Position numbers and translations under genes: made by a program. Positions 20,539-32,416 of a stretch of 64,000 nt of DNA are shown here, piece by piece (position 1 is the first letter of the stretch; every line of letters begins with the position of its first letter). The notes under the pieces were generated by a model that saw only the letters and a list, made by a program, of their open reading frames with translations, was not told the origin of the DNA and ran no database searches. The stretch is taken from the IMG/VR virus record IMGVR_UViG_3300032242_002454, positions 62,001 to 126,000 of that record; one strand, 5' to 3'.

Positions 20539-21406
20539 TTATAATTGGCTATTTTTACCAAGCATTCTTTTTTTGGCTCTATTTAATATATTGTCCAAGC
20601 TCTCTTCTGATATTCTGGTCTTAAAATAATTATAAGCATCAACCACCATATAGTGATTAGGATCTTGACTAATTTCTAACCACCCCACAAAGTAGTTCCA
20701 GATCCTATCTTCTAATATTAAAGGATATTTAATTCCATTGGGACGATTAAATCTATGAAGCCACTTGAGTTGAGGAATACATATTGCTTTCCCCCCATTT
20801 CGTCTAAATTTTTCATGAATATAACCCTCTTCTGCACCAAAGCCTTTAAAGTAAGGATTAAATCCTGGCCAATTTTTAGTCTCACAGGAAAATAAGCCCA
20901 ATCCCATCATTTGTATTTCAAAAGGCAAACCAGACTCATAACCTTCTCTATTGGTATGCCAAGTTCCATACATATCTCCACGCCATTCTGGAACAAACTC
21001 TGTAGAATAGCTTTCTAAGTCGTCATGTACTAATGGTCCTTGAATTATATCTTTGCAATTTTCATTTTGATTATAATATTCTAATAGTTTTTCTAATCCT
21101 CCACTAGCTATCAATACGTGACAATCCATTGAAATGGTGTATTTGCCACTAGCATTAGAGAATATTTCGTTTCTAACTGCTGTGCTGGTTCGATCTTTAT
21201 ATGGAATATATTTGCCTCTACCTTTAGTCCACCCAGTTAATAGATCTTTGACAGCTTGTCCGTGAGGACCGTCTGGATTATTATCAATTACTATTAGTTC
21301 ATAATCAATAGATTGAAGGACTGGTTGATACATTCTTAATGCTTGGAGACTAAAATATACTCCATCATAATCATCATATGTTGCCATGCCTATGGTAAGA
21401 AGTTTA

Positions 21407-21417
<11 letters not shown>
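20539..21417 (-). CDS. Glycosyltransferase (GT-A fold, family 2-like)
   Basis: LTIGMATYDD, ELIVIDNNP, YTISMDCH and GFGAEEGYIHEKFR motifs. Confidence 0.8.
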
Positions 21418-22387
<970 letters not shown>

Positions 22388-22399
22388 TATAAAACTTAA

Positions 22400-23866
22400 T
22401 TAGGTAAAATATAGAACAATTCCACCAGGACCTCCTGTTCCATTGCCGTTGCCAAAACCAAAACCATAACTCCAAGTTCCTTTATATGCGCTTAAAGAAT
22501 ATCCAGCACAGGGAGTAAAGCCATCAAAAACACCTGATGGAATATACTGATTAAGTCCTAAAAATCCAGTACTATTATAGTCTCCTCCAGATCCTGAGCC
22601 ATCAGTACCATTATATATGTAGTTTGCCTGTCCGGCCAATGAGCTGGCTGGTGATCCTCCTCCAGCTGATATTGTTGCTCCATTATAAGTTATAGAAGAA
22701 CTTCCCCCAGCAGTAGGAGCTGGTCCACCATAATATCCTCCTAATCCAGAAGTGCCAATAGTATAAGATACAGAATTACCATATGATACAGAGTATGTCT
22801 TGATTGATCCTCCACCATCTCCTCCGTCTCCGCCTAATTCACAACTATTTTGGGTATTGTATCCTCCACCTCCTCCTCCATAAACAATTGCTATCATACT
22901 AGATGCTCCATTAGGAACACTATAACTACCAGCTCCTGGACTAGCAGAACAAAATCTTGTGGGAGTAAAAGATGGTGGGGCTGTAGTTGTGGTAGTAGTT
23001 GTTGAACCGCTAATAGCAATATCTATAGCTCCCTCTAATCCAGAAGGGTCAGAAAGTACTGGTAAAATACCAGAGTATGTAGCATCCCAATCTCCAATAT
23101 TAGCATTATCTCCTTCTCCATTTTCTCCAAGATTTTGTAAATTATCAAAAATATTACTGTTTTGAGTAAAGTTTTCTGTTGCAATTGTTAAGAAACTGGC
23201 CTCATTTTCTGATAATATTAATTCTTCTGATACTGCTTGAATACTAATACCAGTTTCAAAACTACTTCTAGTTAAACCATAAGGAGCTAATGCTTTTCCA
23301 AAACCATCCCATAATGCTCCGTCTCCACCATTCCATAAAGTTCCGTTGCTACTAGCTACTCTTTTAAGTATAGGAACTATAGCGCCACCAAGTTTAACTA
23401 CGTTATTAATATCAGACCAGCTAATTTCAAAATTAAGATAAGCATTATTTCCAGATCCAATTTTTAAGATTTTTATATTCACTGGCCCAGAAGTAAATTT
23501 AATTGTATCATTATATGTTGTAGAAGTGCCGTTATAAATCACTCTAACATTACTAACAACTTTAGCAGTGCCGTAGGCTTTATTTGTATAAAGAACTTTT
23601 ATAGTATTTGTTGAAGTTTGTAAATCTAATAGGATAAGTTCATTATTTCCTGCGGTTCCTGGTTTATTATCTCCCCATTGTGCTATAGTTTTAGTAATTA
23701 CTCTATTTTTAGAATCTAAAGAACTAGTAGTAATATACATATGAGGATCTCCCCACCCTCCTACCGTCATTGACGACAAGGTTGATAGCGGAGGAGATAT
23801 CGGTTGCGGGGGCTTTGTCTTGGGTCGCCCATTAACTATAAAAAATTTACCGTTTTTCATTAACAA
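22400..23866 (-). CDS. Fibre/adhesin-like protein with Thr linker and Gly-rich C-terminal domain
   Basis: WGDPHM motif; C-terminal domain similar to that of 16265-18376 (both end GGIVLYFT). Confidence 0.65.
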   Translation of the reverse strand: MLMKNGKFFIVNGRPKTKPPQPISPPLSTLSSMTVGGWGDPHMYITTSSLDSKNRVITKTIAQWGDNKPGTAGNNELILLDLQTSTNTIKVLYTNKAYGTAKVVSNVRVIYNGTSTTYNDTIKFTSGPVNIKILKIGSGNNAYLNFEISWSDINNVVKLGGAIVPILKRVASSNGTLWNGGDGALWDGFGKALAPYGLTRSSFETGISIQAVSEELILSENEASFLTIATENFTQNSNIFDNLQNLGENGEGDNANIGDWDATYSGILPVLSDPSGLEGAIDIAISGSTTTTTTTAPPSFTPTRFCSASPGAGSYSVPNGASSMIAIVYGGGGGGYNTQNSCELGGDGGDGGGSIKTYSVSYGNSVSYTIGTSGLGGYYGGPAPTAGGSSSITYNGATISAGGGSPASSLAGQANYIYNGTDGSGSGGDYNSTGFLGLNQYIPSGVFDGFTPCAGYSLSAYKGTWSYGFGFGNGNGTGGPGGIVLYFT

Positions 23867-23872
23867 CCTTAA

Positions 23873-24589
23873 TTATGGGGTTCCACCATCTATAGTAAAG
23901 TATTTTAATGTTGTTGTTGGCGTTGTATTTAATGAACCAAATAACTCATTACTTGATGCATTAAATTTGAGATTATTATTGACACTTGGTTTAAGATTGC
24001 CATCTGTGCCATTAACAAATACAAGACTATTTACATTACTTGTACTAAGATCTACTTCAATATTATTAGCATTGGTAGCAGTACCAGTCAAGTTACCAAC
24101 AAACGATGTGCTACTAACACTACTTAGTCCTGATATCGAGGTAATACTTCCACCAAGACTAACTGGTGTTAAACCAATAGTAACAGAACTATTAACTAAT
24201 TTAGAATTATCAATACCACTAGTATTTAAAGAAATAGTATAATTGCCACTATTCTGGCTAAGAGAGATACCACTTCCTGCTGTTAAAACACTACTAATAG
24301 TAAGAGTATTTGTTCCACTACTATATACGATATCGACTCCGCTACCACCAACAATACTTGCACTAACAGCATTATCAATAAGAGCATTAACACCACTAGC
24401 AAAATTAGTAATATTTGAAGTTAATAGATTAATACTACTTAAACTTGACCAAGTCGTAGATCCATCACCTATCTTTAAACTTTTATTTGTAATATCATAT
24501 CCTGGCTCTCCACTAGCTAATACTGGATTAGCAGAAGTCCACTCTGTTGATGTTCCTTTTCTAATCTGTATATTAGTAATTCTACTCAT
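23873..24589 (-). CDS. Fibre protein with Mtd_N-like anchor
   Basis: IQIRKGTSTEWTSANPVLASGEPGYD...KIGDG; ends IDGGTP. Confidence 0.7.
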   Translation of the reverse strand: MSRITNIQIRKGTSTEWTSANPVLASGEPGYDITNKSLKIGDGSTTWSSLSSINLLTSNITNFASGVNALIDNAVSASIVGGSGVDIVYSSGTNTLTISSVLTAGSGISLSQNSGNYTISLNTSGIDNSKLVNSSVTIGLTPVSLGGSITSISGLSSVSSTSFVGNLTGTATNANNIEVDLSTSNVNSLVFVNGTDGNLKPSVNNNLKFNASSNELFGSLNTTPTTTLKYFTIDGGTP

Positions 24590-24608
24590 TAAATAATCCT
24601 AAATAAAA

Positions 24609-26174
24609 TCAGGGAGTTCCACCGTCAATTGATGATATGGTAATATTTGCTGTACCATCAAAACTAGTCCCGTTGATGGTACGAGCAGTCTGGAGTGCTG
24701 TTGCACTACTAGCATTACCTGTTAATGCCCCATTAAAAGATGTACTAGTCACAGAAGATAATCCAGCTAGTGTAGTAGCCGATGAACCTAAAGAAATAGA
24801 TGTTGATCCAACAGTAACTGAACTATTAGCTAGTTGAGCATTATCTACACCAGCAGTTTTAATTGTTACATTGCCGCTAGTAACTAGAAAATCACCAACA
24901 TCAAAAGTCGCAATACCTTTAGTAGATGATGTAGCATCAACAACGCTTATTGATCCACTAACTACTCCTGTTACTCGTCCATAAGCATCCACCGAAACAC
25001 TTTGAATAACAGAAGAACCAGAACCGCTAGAATTACTTTGGGAAACTGTTGCAAGATCAATACTGTCTGCATTAACTACAATTCTGCTTGAACTAGCTGT
25101 ACCAATATCTATAGTATTGCCAGTTTTGGTAAGACCAGAACCAGCAGTAATTTGGCCAGCGCCACTAAATTGAGAAAATGTTAAAGATGTTGTTCCTAAA
25201 ACAATAGAATCATTAGTTGTTAGTACCCATCCAGAATCTGAGTTGGTTGTTCCTTCAGCAACAAAGGTAAACATACCAGCGGTAATTTTAGAACTAGCAT
25301 CTGCATCAGTATCTCGTGACCATGTACTAGCTGCTACGACATAAATACCATTAAAACTCGCTATTGTTTGATCTTTAACCAAAACTCTATCTCCAATAGA
25401 TAATGCAACACCATCTATGGTTTGGGTGCCACTTAAAGTGATATTAGCAGTTGTAGCTGCTCTAACACTTTGTTTAACGTCCAATCCTTGCTTTAGAGCA
25501 TCTACATATGCTTTTGTAGCAGCATCGGTGTCGCTTGTTGGGGTAGCAAGATTAGTAATTTTTTGACTATTTAAAGAAACAGAAGAGGTTGGAGCAGCTA
25601 GTTGATCGAGTGTGTTGGTTCTTACTGCTGTATTAAAATCCGTAATATTAGATGCTGTATGAGTATGTCCAGGCAAACTAACTCCAGTAACAGCAACTGA
25701 TAAAGAATTACCAGAGTCATTATATGTTAATTGAATATTTGATCCCGCGGATAATAAAGCTGCCACTCTATCATCAACTGCTTCACTAAAGTCTGTAACC
25801 AAGGTAGAATCAATAGTAGGATTACTAACGCTAATAGTATAAGTACCACTGCTATAACCTAAAACAATACCACTACCAGCACTTAAAGGACTTGACAATG
25901 TAAGAGTATTAGCAGCGTCATTATATAACTTAACAATACCAGTACCAGCAACTACTAGAGCATCTACCCTATCATCAATACTCTCATTTAATTCTGAAGG
26001 AAGAACAGCAGCATAGGGTAAGGATGACCATATTGTTGATCCATCACCCACCTTGAATTTTCCTGTATCAGTTTCATAACCAATTTCTCCGGCATATAGA
26101 ACTTGGCTGGTCCATTGATAAGACCCCACTCCTGCAGTACCTCTTCTGAGTTGTATTCTAGTTAGTGCTGGCAT
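24609..26174 (-). CDS. Tail fibre protein with Mtd_N-like anchor
   Basis: IQLRRGTA...GEIGYETDTGKFKVGDG; KITNLATPTSDTDAATKAYVD; QTIDGVALSIGDRVLVKDQT; ends IDGGTP. Confidence 0.75.
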   Translation of the reverse strand: MPALTRIQLRRGTAGVGSYQWTSQVLYAGEIGYETDTGKFKVGDGSTIWSSLPYAAVLPSELNESIDDRVDALVVAGTGIVKLYNDAANTLTLSSPLSAGSGIVLGYSSGTYTISVSNPTIDSTLVTDFSEAVDDRVAALLSAGSNIQLTYNDSGNSLSVAVTGVSLPGHTHTASNITDFNTAVRTNTLDQLAAPTSSVSLNSQKITNLATPTSDTDAATKAYVDALKQGLDVKQSVRAATTANITLSGTQTIDGVALSIGDRVLVKDQTIASFNGIYVVAASTWSRDTDADASSKITAGMFTFVAEGTTNSDSGWVLTTNDSIVLGTTSLTFSQFSGAGQITAGSGLTKTGNTIDIGTASSSRIVVNADSIDLATVSQSNSSGSGSSVIQSVSVDAYGRVTGVVSGSISVVDATSSTKGIATFDVGDFLVTSGNVTIKTAGVDNAQLANSSVTVGSTSISLGSSATTLAGLSSVTSTSFNGALTGNASSATALQTARTINGTSFDGTANITISSIDGGTP

Positions 26175-26197
26175 GTTTATAGACCTTAATTTAAAAG

Positions 26198-26470
26198 TTA
26201 TGGAGTACCACAGTCAAAAGTATAATGGTTTAAATAATCGTTAAGTCCAGAAATTCTATACACTGATAAATCACCAATAATTTTATTCATAGGATATGTA
26301 TCTGGTAAGTCACTTGGTAGTATCTTTTCAGTATTAATAATATCTACATTATAAATTTCATATCTTTCAATATCAATATTATTTATATTGTCTATATAGC
26401 TAGTTTCAATTTCAATAATACTAGTATCTGTATCTGTAATTTCAACTATAAAATCACTCATATTTGACAA
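26198..26470 (-). CDS. Hypothetical acidic structural protein
   Basis: Coupled to 26458-26865; ends FDCGTP. Confidence 0.55.
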   Translation of the reverse strand: MSNMSDFIVEITDTDTSIIEIETSYIDNINNIDIERYEIYNVDIINTEKILPSDLPDTYPMNKIIGDLSVYRISGLNDYLNHYTFDCGTP

Positions 26471-26865
26471 TCCAATATGTTAGATGATTGACTAAATCGT
26501 TTAACAACAGTAATTGTTCCAAAAAGAATACGAGTTAAATATTTACCTCCTCCATTAGCATATAATTCATCAGGAGATTGTAGTTCTACATCATATTTAG
26601 CCGTATTAAAATTAAATCCATTGGTGGTGGTGGCTGGTATCAGTATAGTTAATTTACCATTTGGTTCATCTATTGTAAATTTATATAGACTATAATCGGT
26701 ATTATGTGAGCTAAAGGTCTGTATTGTACTAAGATTAGTTTTCCATATTAATCTAGCACACCATCCAGTAAGATTGATAGGATTACCATTAGAATCTTTA
26801 TAGATAAAAGATATCCTAAAAGAGGTTCCTTGTTCTATAGCAAAGTCGTATTTACCTGCTGCCAT
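26458..26865 (-). CDS. Small virion structural protein, paralogue of 13087-13527
   Basis: Sequence similarity as noted for 13087-13527; first gene after the capsid terminator. Confidence 0.6.
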   Translation of the reverse strand: MAAGKYDFAIEQGTSFRISFIYKDSNGNPINLTGWCARLIWKTNLSTIQTFSSHNTDYSLYKFTIDEPNGKLTILIPATTTNGFNFNTAKYDVELQSPDELYANGGGKYLTRILFGTITVVKRFSQSSNILDCQI

Positions 26866-26951
26866 GTTTTAGGCCCTTAAGATTTATGGTTGGCCAACTA
26901 TAATTAAGTCTGGAATACCTATCATATAGATACACCTTAACACTAAGATAT

Positions 26952-26991
26952 AAAAAAAGAAGGGCCAGTAACTTTAATTACTGGACCCTTC
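26952..26991 (-). terminator. Intrinsic terminator after the major capsid gene
   Basis: Minus strand GAAGGGTCCAGTAA-ttaaag-TTACTGGCCCTTC followed by T7. Confidence 0.85.
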
Positions 26992-27019
26992 AGATTTTAA
27001 TGTAATCTAATTAATTAGA

Positions 27020-28030
27020 TCAGACAGCGCCTAGGATAACTCTGCGGTTGTCTAGAACAGCAAAGCCTTGCTCGGCCCAGCCGTAGAAGCCAGCTCTCTT
27101 TTGACGATGTAGTGTATCGTCTTCAAAGACCTGTACTTGCTCACGAACTGGCATTATGAAACTGTCTCTCTTGCGTAGATCGAGACCAACAACAATTTCA
27201 TTCTTGCCACTTGGTAGACTACCACTAAGAGTACTGCTATAGAATAGCTGGTATTCTTGGCCTTCGCCTAGTTCGTCAAGATCATGAAGATTAATACTGA
27301 AAACACGGTTTAGTGTGCCATCAGCAGCTGTGTAGATCTCTCTACGAGTCACTTCGTCAACTTGATCGATACCCCAACTGCGGATATCTTCCATTGACTC
27401 TGGTGAAACATAAAGATCAGTTAGCAAGCCACGATTGTTAGAAGCACTGTTACCACCGCCGTTGCGACGCATAACTGTCTTCATTAGACTTACTAGACGC
27501 TTTGTGAAAAGACCACTTGAGGCATCGCTGTCATAAACAACGATGTTGCGGTCAACACCAGCGGCTAGCAATGTGTGCCAACCATCGTCATTCATCTTCT
27601 TGACGAATGAACCTTCTAGTACTTCCATTGCACGACCAACAACGTCCCAACGAGCATCACGAGCATACTTTAGGAGGTAGTCGATTGAAGCGCCAATGTC
27701 ATAGGTTGGAACCATGACGTAATCGCCTTCAACGTGACGCTCTGGAATATAGCCGTGGTTAGGAACAGTGTAGGCCACAAAGTCTTTTTCCGTGCCAGGA
27801 GCAAGGAAATCGAGTGGAAATTCTGGAGTGGCACTTTGAGCAAGTTGAATTGGCTCGAAAATACCATCAAGAATATCACCACTCAAGAGACCTTGTCTTA
27901 GTGGTAACTCTAGAGCCTTTGCAAACTCTGAGTTAGCAGCTAAGGCTACTTCTCTATTTGGTGAACCGGAACGAACGAGAAGATCTGTTAGTTCTGGTGT
28001 TGGTTTAAATGCTTTTGTGTTAACTGACAT
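27020..28030 (-). CDS. Major capsid protein (HK97 fold inferred)
   Basis: 336 aa; follows portal, protease/scaffold and decoration genes; has its own strong terminator. Confidence 0.75.
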   Translation of the reverse strand: MSVNTKAFKPTPELTDLLVRSGSPNREVALAANSEFAKALELPLRQGLLSGDILDGIFEPIQLAQSATPEFPLDFLAPGTEKDFVAYTVPNHGYIPERHVEGDYVMVPTYDIGASIDYLLKYARDARWDVVGRAMEVLEGSFVKKMNDDGWHTLLAAGVDRNIVVYDSDASSGLFTKRLVSLMKTVMRRNGGGNSASNNRGLLTDLYVSPESMEDIRSWGIDQVDEVTRREIYTAADGTLNRVFSINLHDLDELGEGQEYQLFYSSTLSGSLPSGKNEIVVGLDLRKRDSFIMPVREQVQVFEDDTLHRQKRAGFYGWAEQGFAVLDNRRVILGAV

Positions 28031-28051
28031 TTTTTTCTCCCTTGTTAAAGC

Positions 28052-28507
28052 TTAAGCAATGTTAACTGATAATTTGACATAACCATCAGAATCTTTTGAC
28101 CCCAAGAAGGTGCCAATTTTCACACTATTAGTACTTGATGTGCCAATGAGGCCACTAGCACCAACATAGGCATCGACACCAGCAGCAGGAGTAATAGCAG
28201 CAACTAACATATTAGTTGTTACTTGACCCTGACGAAGTAGGGAGACCTTGCCACCCAATTGTACTTCATCTTTGTGCCAGTTGATGTGCTGTCTTGTTAG
28301 ATCAAGATTCACAACGTCATTGAGTAGGATACCGAGAGGCTTTGAACCACTTACTGTGGCAGCATAAGCAGCAACAGCATTAGCGTCATCCATAGCAACG
28401 CCGGAACCACTTGTTACAGCAGAAGCTACGCCGCCTCTTTCACTAACTGCGTTAGAGAAAAAAGAAATATCTGTTAAGAGTTCGATACGATCTGGTTTAA
28501 GAGCCAT
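28052..28507 (-). CDS. Capsid decoration/cement protein
   Basis: 151 aa, small-residue rich, between scaffold and MCP. Confidence 0.6.
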   Translation of the reverse strand: MALKPDRIELLTDISFFSNAVSERGGVASAVTSGSGVAMDDANAVAAYAATVSGSKPLGILLNDVVNLDLTRQHINWHKDEVQLGGKVSLLRQGQVTTNMLVAAITPAAGVDAYVGASGLIGTSSTNSVKIGTFLGSKDSDGYVKLSVNIA

Positions 28508-28508
28508 G

Positions 28509-30152
28509 TTATTCTCCCTTGTTAAGTTTTTTACCTAGTCTAGCACAAACAAATTCAATTAATTCAGCACGAGTGGTGTCAACTGGTGATGTTTCACTAC
28601 TAACACTGAGATTTACAGTCTCTTCAACTTCAACTGTGTCAAGAGCAGATGCATCTACTGTATCTTCGGAAGCTTTCTTCTTTTCCTTGGTATCAGTATC
28701 TTCATCTTCTTTTTTGTCTTTTGAAGTTTTATCATCTTTTTTAATCTTTTCCAACCATGGTGGCATTTTGCCAGCAAATAAACTAGTCATGGCTTCAAAA
28801 GCATCATCATTAAGATTATCAAATTTTTCAACTGTAGCTTCTGCTGATTCAGCATCAAAACCACAATCTAGTAGAGAGGCCTTTCTTTTCATCTTCTTTT
28901 CTTTCTTAGCCATCTCTTCTTCTTTCATCTTATAGCCAGCAATAACTTCGTTGGCTGCTTCTAAAGCTGCCTTAAGATTCTTATTCTCTTCATCTTTAGC
29001 GTCTTCGTCTTCTTTGACTTTGAGCTTCTTGGCTGCTTCTGTCTCTTCGTCTTCTTCTTCTTTTGCTTTCATCTTCTTAGCCATAGCTTCATTCATAGCC
29101 TTGAGGGCTTCGACTTCAGCTGTAAGAGAAGCAATTAGCTCATCTGTTGCACTAGATGTTTCAGGTTCTGTTGTTGTATTTTCTGTTGAAGCTTCTACTG
29201 TGGCCTTTGGAGCAGATTCTGTGGCCTTTGGAGCAGATTCTGTGGCCTTTGGAGCAGATTCTGTGGCGACAACAGCTTCTGTTGCTGTTTCGACCTTTTC
29301 GATTGTTTCTGCTACTTTATTGTCTGAACTCATAATATTATTCTCCACTTTAGAGGTTAACTGATTGTTAGATACACCTGCTATTGATAAATCGTTACTT
29401 TTTTTAGTAAACAAGTCATCAATTATATTTTTATTAAAAATAATACTTTCTGGATTAGCTGGTTTTTCAACATATCCTTTACCAGAAAATGTAATATTTC
29501 TTAATACTCTACCTATCTTATAATTGTCATGTTCTCCTAATCCACCATAAGCTCTTAAGTATTTTGTTAAATATGCAGTGTTTTCATTACGAGCTAAAGT
29601 TTTATATGTTCCAGTAGACTTATCTAGTAGACCATAATCAAAACCCTTAAAGAAACACTCCATGCTAACAAACATATCACCAGACTCTATTTCTGCAATA
29701 AGCTTATCAGATCTTTCTTTTAATTCTGGACTAGTAAAAGCTCTATAAATTACTGATCCAGTTAAAATATGGTACTTTTCTGGAAGGTTCTCAATAGGAG
29801 TATCTTCAGAAATAAGAATACCGTCTTCAGTGATTGGCCAATTGCTAGTAATATGGCCAATAATTAAATTCTCATCATGTTCTAGGTTTGTTGGTTTATC
29901 TTCTGGAGTATTTCTGGCCATCCATATTTCATCTTTATCAAAAATATCGTCATTTTTATTCCATGAAGAAGTAACTAGAATAGATTGAACATAATATAAA
30001 TCAGAATCTTCAACGGATGCTAAACTCTTAAATTTTCTGATTTGAGACTTGTTTGGGTGGCATGGCTCTGCTACGGAAGCATAAGAAATTGATGCAGATG
30101 AGGATATTTTAGCCTCTAAACCATCTTCGCGTTCTGCTGTAAATATTTGCAT
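28509..30152 (-). CDS. Prohead protease-scaffold fusion
   Basis: N-terminal NLEHD...IGH, VSMEC and GYVEKPANPES protease-like motifs; charged coiled-coil C-terminal half. Confidence 0.7.
   Translation of the reverse strand: MQIFTAEREDGLEAKISSSASISYASVAEPCHPNKSQIRKFKSLASVEDSDLYYVQSILVTSSWNKNDDIFDKDEIWMARNTPEDKPTNLEHDENLIIGHITSNWPITEDGILISEDTPIENLPEKYHILTGSVIYRAFTSPELKERSDKLIAEIESGDMFVSMECFFKGFDYGLLDKSTGTYKTLARNENTAYLTKYLRAYGGLGEHDNYKIGRVLRNITFSGKGYVEKPANPESIIFNKNIIDDLFTKKSNDLSIAGVSNNQLTSKVENNIMSSDNKVAETIEKVETATEAVVATESAPKATESAPKATESAPKATVEASTENTTTEPETSSATDELIASLTAEVEALKAMNEAMAKKMKAKEEEDEETEAAKKLKVKEDEDAKDEENKNLKAALEAANEVIAGYKMKEEEMAKKEKKMKRKASLLDCGFDAESAEATVEKFDNLNDDAFEAMTSLFAGKMPPWLEKIKKDDKTSKDKKEDEDTDTKEKKKASEDTVDASALDTVEVEETVNLSVSSETSPVDTTRAELIEFVCARLGKKLNKGE
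29198..29267. repeat. 21-bp tandem repeat, 3.3 copies (ATESAPK)
   Basis: CTGTGGCCTTTGGAGCAGATT x3 plus a partial copy. Confidence 0.9.
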
Positions 30153-30155
30153 TAT

Positions 30156-32360
30156 TTATACCTCTTTTTCTATAGAAGAATACACCATAGAATAAAACGA
30201 AGCTTTGGCCTGTTTGTGTTCATCAACAGATAGATCTTTATTGAGATCAGCTTTCAGTTCTTTAAGCCATACACTATAGGCTAATATTGTTTCATTTTTG
30301 TCAAATTGACTAAGATTACCTAGTATGTCGATAATTTTATCTGAAGCTATAGTTGATAGTGGATCTAAAGTAAATAGAATTTTAGTCTTGATTAGATCTA
30401 CTTCTTTTGTTTCGTCGCTAGATAAACTTCTGAGATTTTTTTTGTTATAGAACTCTAGCATTATAGGGTTAATAATTTGACTAATCTTATCTTGAGCTTC
30501 TGATGCCCATAGTAAAAGTTTGGCGCCGGTTTGTGGTTTAAAAACTTTTGTTTTACGTTTTTCAGTATCTTTGGAAGTTTTAGGTCTGCCTTGTCCGGGC
30601 AATCCTGGCAAAGATTCAGGAGAATCTTTTGCCAACTTCGTTGAGGGTGCAGTGGCAGGGGGTTGCTTCATTTCCAATGCAGTTTTCTCACCACTCTTCT
30701 TCTTCTCAAGCTCAAGTCCAACTTGACTAGGAGCTACTGAACCACCCTGTAACGCAATTTTCTTAAGAGCATTCTCAACTTGTGGATCAAACCAAGGACC
30801 AGCTTTTTTAACCATTCTACTACTATTTCTATCTCTAGCCTCTTTATTAAGTCTACTTTTTTCCATATCAGGATCAAGACCAAATCTAGTTTGTATAAGT
30901 TCATCAGAAACTAAGTTTCTATCTGCTAGCTGAACTAATAAAGATTTCTCAGTGTCTTCATTACTAAGATCCATTCTATCAAATTCTATTTTAGCTGGAT
31001 ATCTAAATCCCATGGCTTTTTGTACCAATGCAATTTCTTGTTCCCAAAAATCTATTAACACATCTCTGCCATATTGGAGTCTTTGCGTTAAGGTCTTTAA
31101 TGAAATAAAGTTATTAGTAGTTCCCGCTGCTCCAAAGGTTCCGGTAAGAGTTGGAGGAATACCAAGACCAGCATAAACACTATTCATATGAGGAATGTAT
31201 TTGCCTTCACCTAAGAATTGATGAACTGCTGTCTTAGATTCTAATAGTTCAATATCTGGACCCCAAACAAGATCCATTGTTCCACCACCAACATTATTAC
31301 CTAAGATTTGTGCTAGTTTAGCTGTTGCTGCTTTAGTAGGAGCAATCTTATGTTCTAGACTACCTAGTTTGAAAATACGAATATTAGAGATAGCACCATC
31401 AAGAGCAGCAAGGTCTGCTAGCTTTAATTTTTCAATAACATTGATATCATCCATAATAGCATATACCATAGGAAATGCCCATGATTGCCAATCGTCTTTC
31501 TTATAGTGAAATACAAGTGTCTTATTGGTATCTAGTGGATAAGGTAGTCTACTTTTTGCTGCTGCTATAATTTGAGGAGGAAGTCCTGCAACAACTTGTT
31601 TCTCTGCATCTGTCTTTGGATTATTAATTAATTTTCTTAACTCTGGTGGCAACTGTAGTTCATAAGCTTTACTCGATGTAAATGAGGATAATGCTCCAGC
31701 TGCAATATCTACTAAAAAAGGATCAATAAAAGTATATACCCAAGGAATTTCTCTTTTCTCTAGTTGTACTTCAGACAAATCCTGTACTTGCAAATCTGGA
31801 GAAGCTATTGAGTTATATAGTTTATCTGCAACCTTAAGACTTAGTTTGCCAGTTTGTCTATTAATAACAACATTACCGCTCTTATATAGGTTGTTTAAAA
31901 ATCTTTCGCTACGATCCTTGCCTCGAATCTTTTTGAACCATTGTCTATAGAATCTTTCTATTCTTTTGTTTTTATGAACTAGTCTGATACCTTGACTAGC
32001 AAAGTCACCCATAAGATCAATAACATTTTTTACTAAACCAACTCTTTGATAAATATCTTCTGCTCGTCTGATAATCATTTTGATTTCACGAGGTACTGCT
32101 TCGTCTGGACGAAAGTAATCGTAATCAGATCTTGTTAATCCTGGTCGACCAGAAGTATTTTTATCTAAATTAGAATAGTCTAATCCATAACGTCTCATAC
32201 CACTAGCTTTTTGAACTAGGGTATATTCTGACATAGATTCAGAAGACTGCTTAAGAGCTTCTTGTTTACTGGCTAAATCGTCTCCCCAAGCAACATAAGC
32301 CTGTTCGCCAGTAACTTGAGCATCATTGATAGCATCACTTTTTGGATATTTTTTAGCCAT
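30156..32360 (-). CDS. Portal protein
   Basis: 734 aa directly after the terminase; helical, with LGIPPTL and IEFDRMDL portal-like segments. Confidence 0.75.
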   Translation of the reverse strand: MAKKYPKSDAINDAQVTGEQAYVAWGDDLASKQEALKQSSESMSEYTLVQKASGMRRYGLDYSNLDKNTSGRPGLTRSDYDYFRPDEAVPREIKMIIRRAEDIYQRVGLVKNVIDLMGDFASQGIRLVHKNKRIERFYRQWFKKIRGKDRSERFLNNLYKSGNVVINRQTGKLSLKVADKLYNSIASPDLQVQDLSEVQLEKREIPWVYTFIDPFLVDIAAGALSSFTSSKAYELQLPPELRKLINNPKTDAEKQVVAGLPPQIIAAAKSRLPYPLDTNKTLVFHYKKDDWQSWAFPMVYAIMDDINVIEKLKLADLAALDGAISNIRIFKLGSLEHKIAPTKAATAKLAQILGNNVGGGTMDLVWGPDIELLESKTAVHQFLGEGKYIPHMNSVYAGLGIPPTLTGTFGAAGTTNNFISLKTLTQRLQYGRDVLIDFWEQEIALVQKAMGFRYPAKIEFDRMDLSNEDTEKSLLVQLADRNLVSDELIQTRFGLDPDMEKSRLNKEARDRNSSRMVKKAGPWFDPQVENALKKIALQGGSVAPSQVGLELEKKKSGEKTALEMKQPPATAPSTKLAKDSPESLPGLPGQGRPKTSKDTEKRKTKVFKPQTGAKLLLWASEAQDKISQIINPIMLEFYNKKNLRSLSSDETKEVDLIKTKILFTLDPLSTIASDKIIDILGNLSQFDKNETILAYSVWLKELKADLNKDLSVDEHKQAKASFYSMVYSSIEKEV

Positions 32361-32416
32361 ATTTTTCTAATACTATTGTAATTTAATTGTAATTCAATTA
32401 GTGTTTTTATACACTG

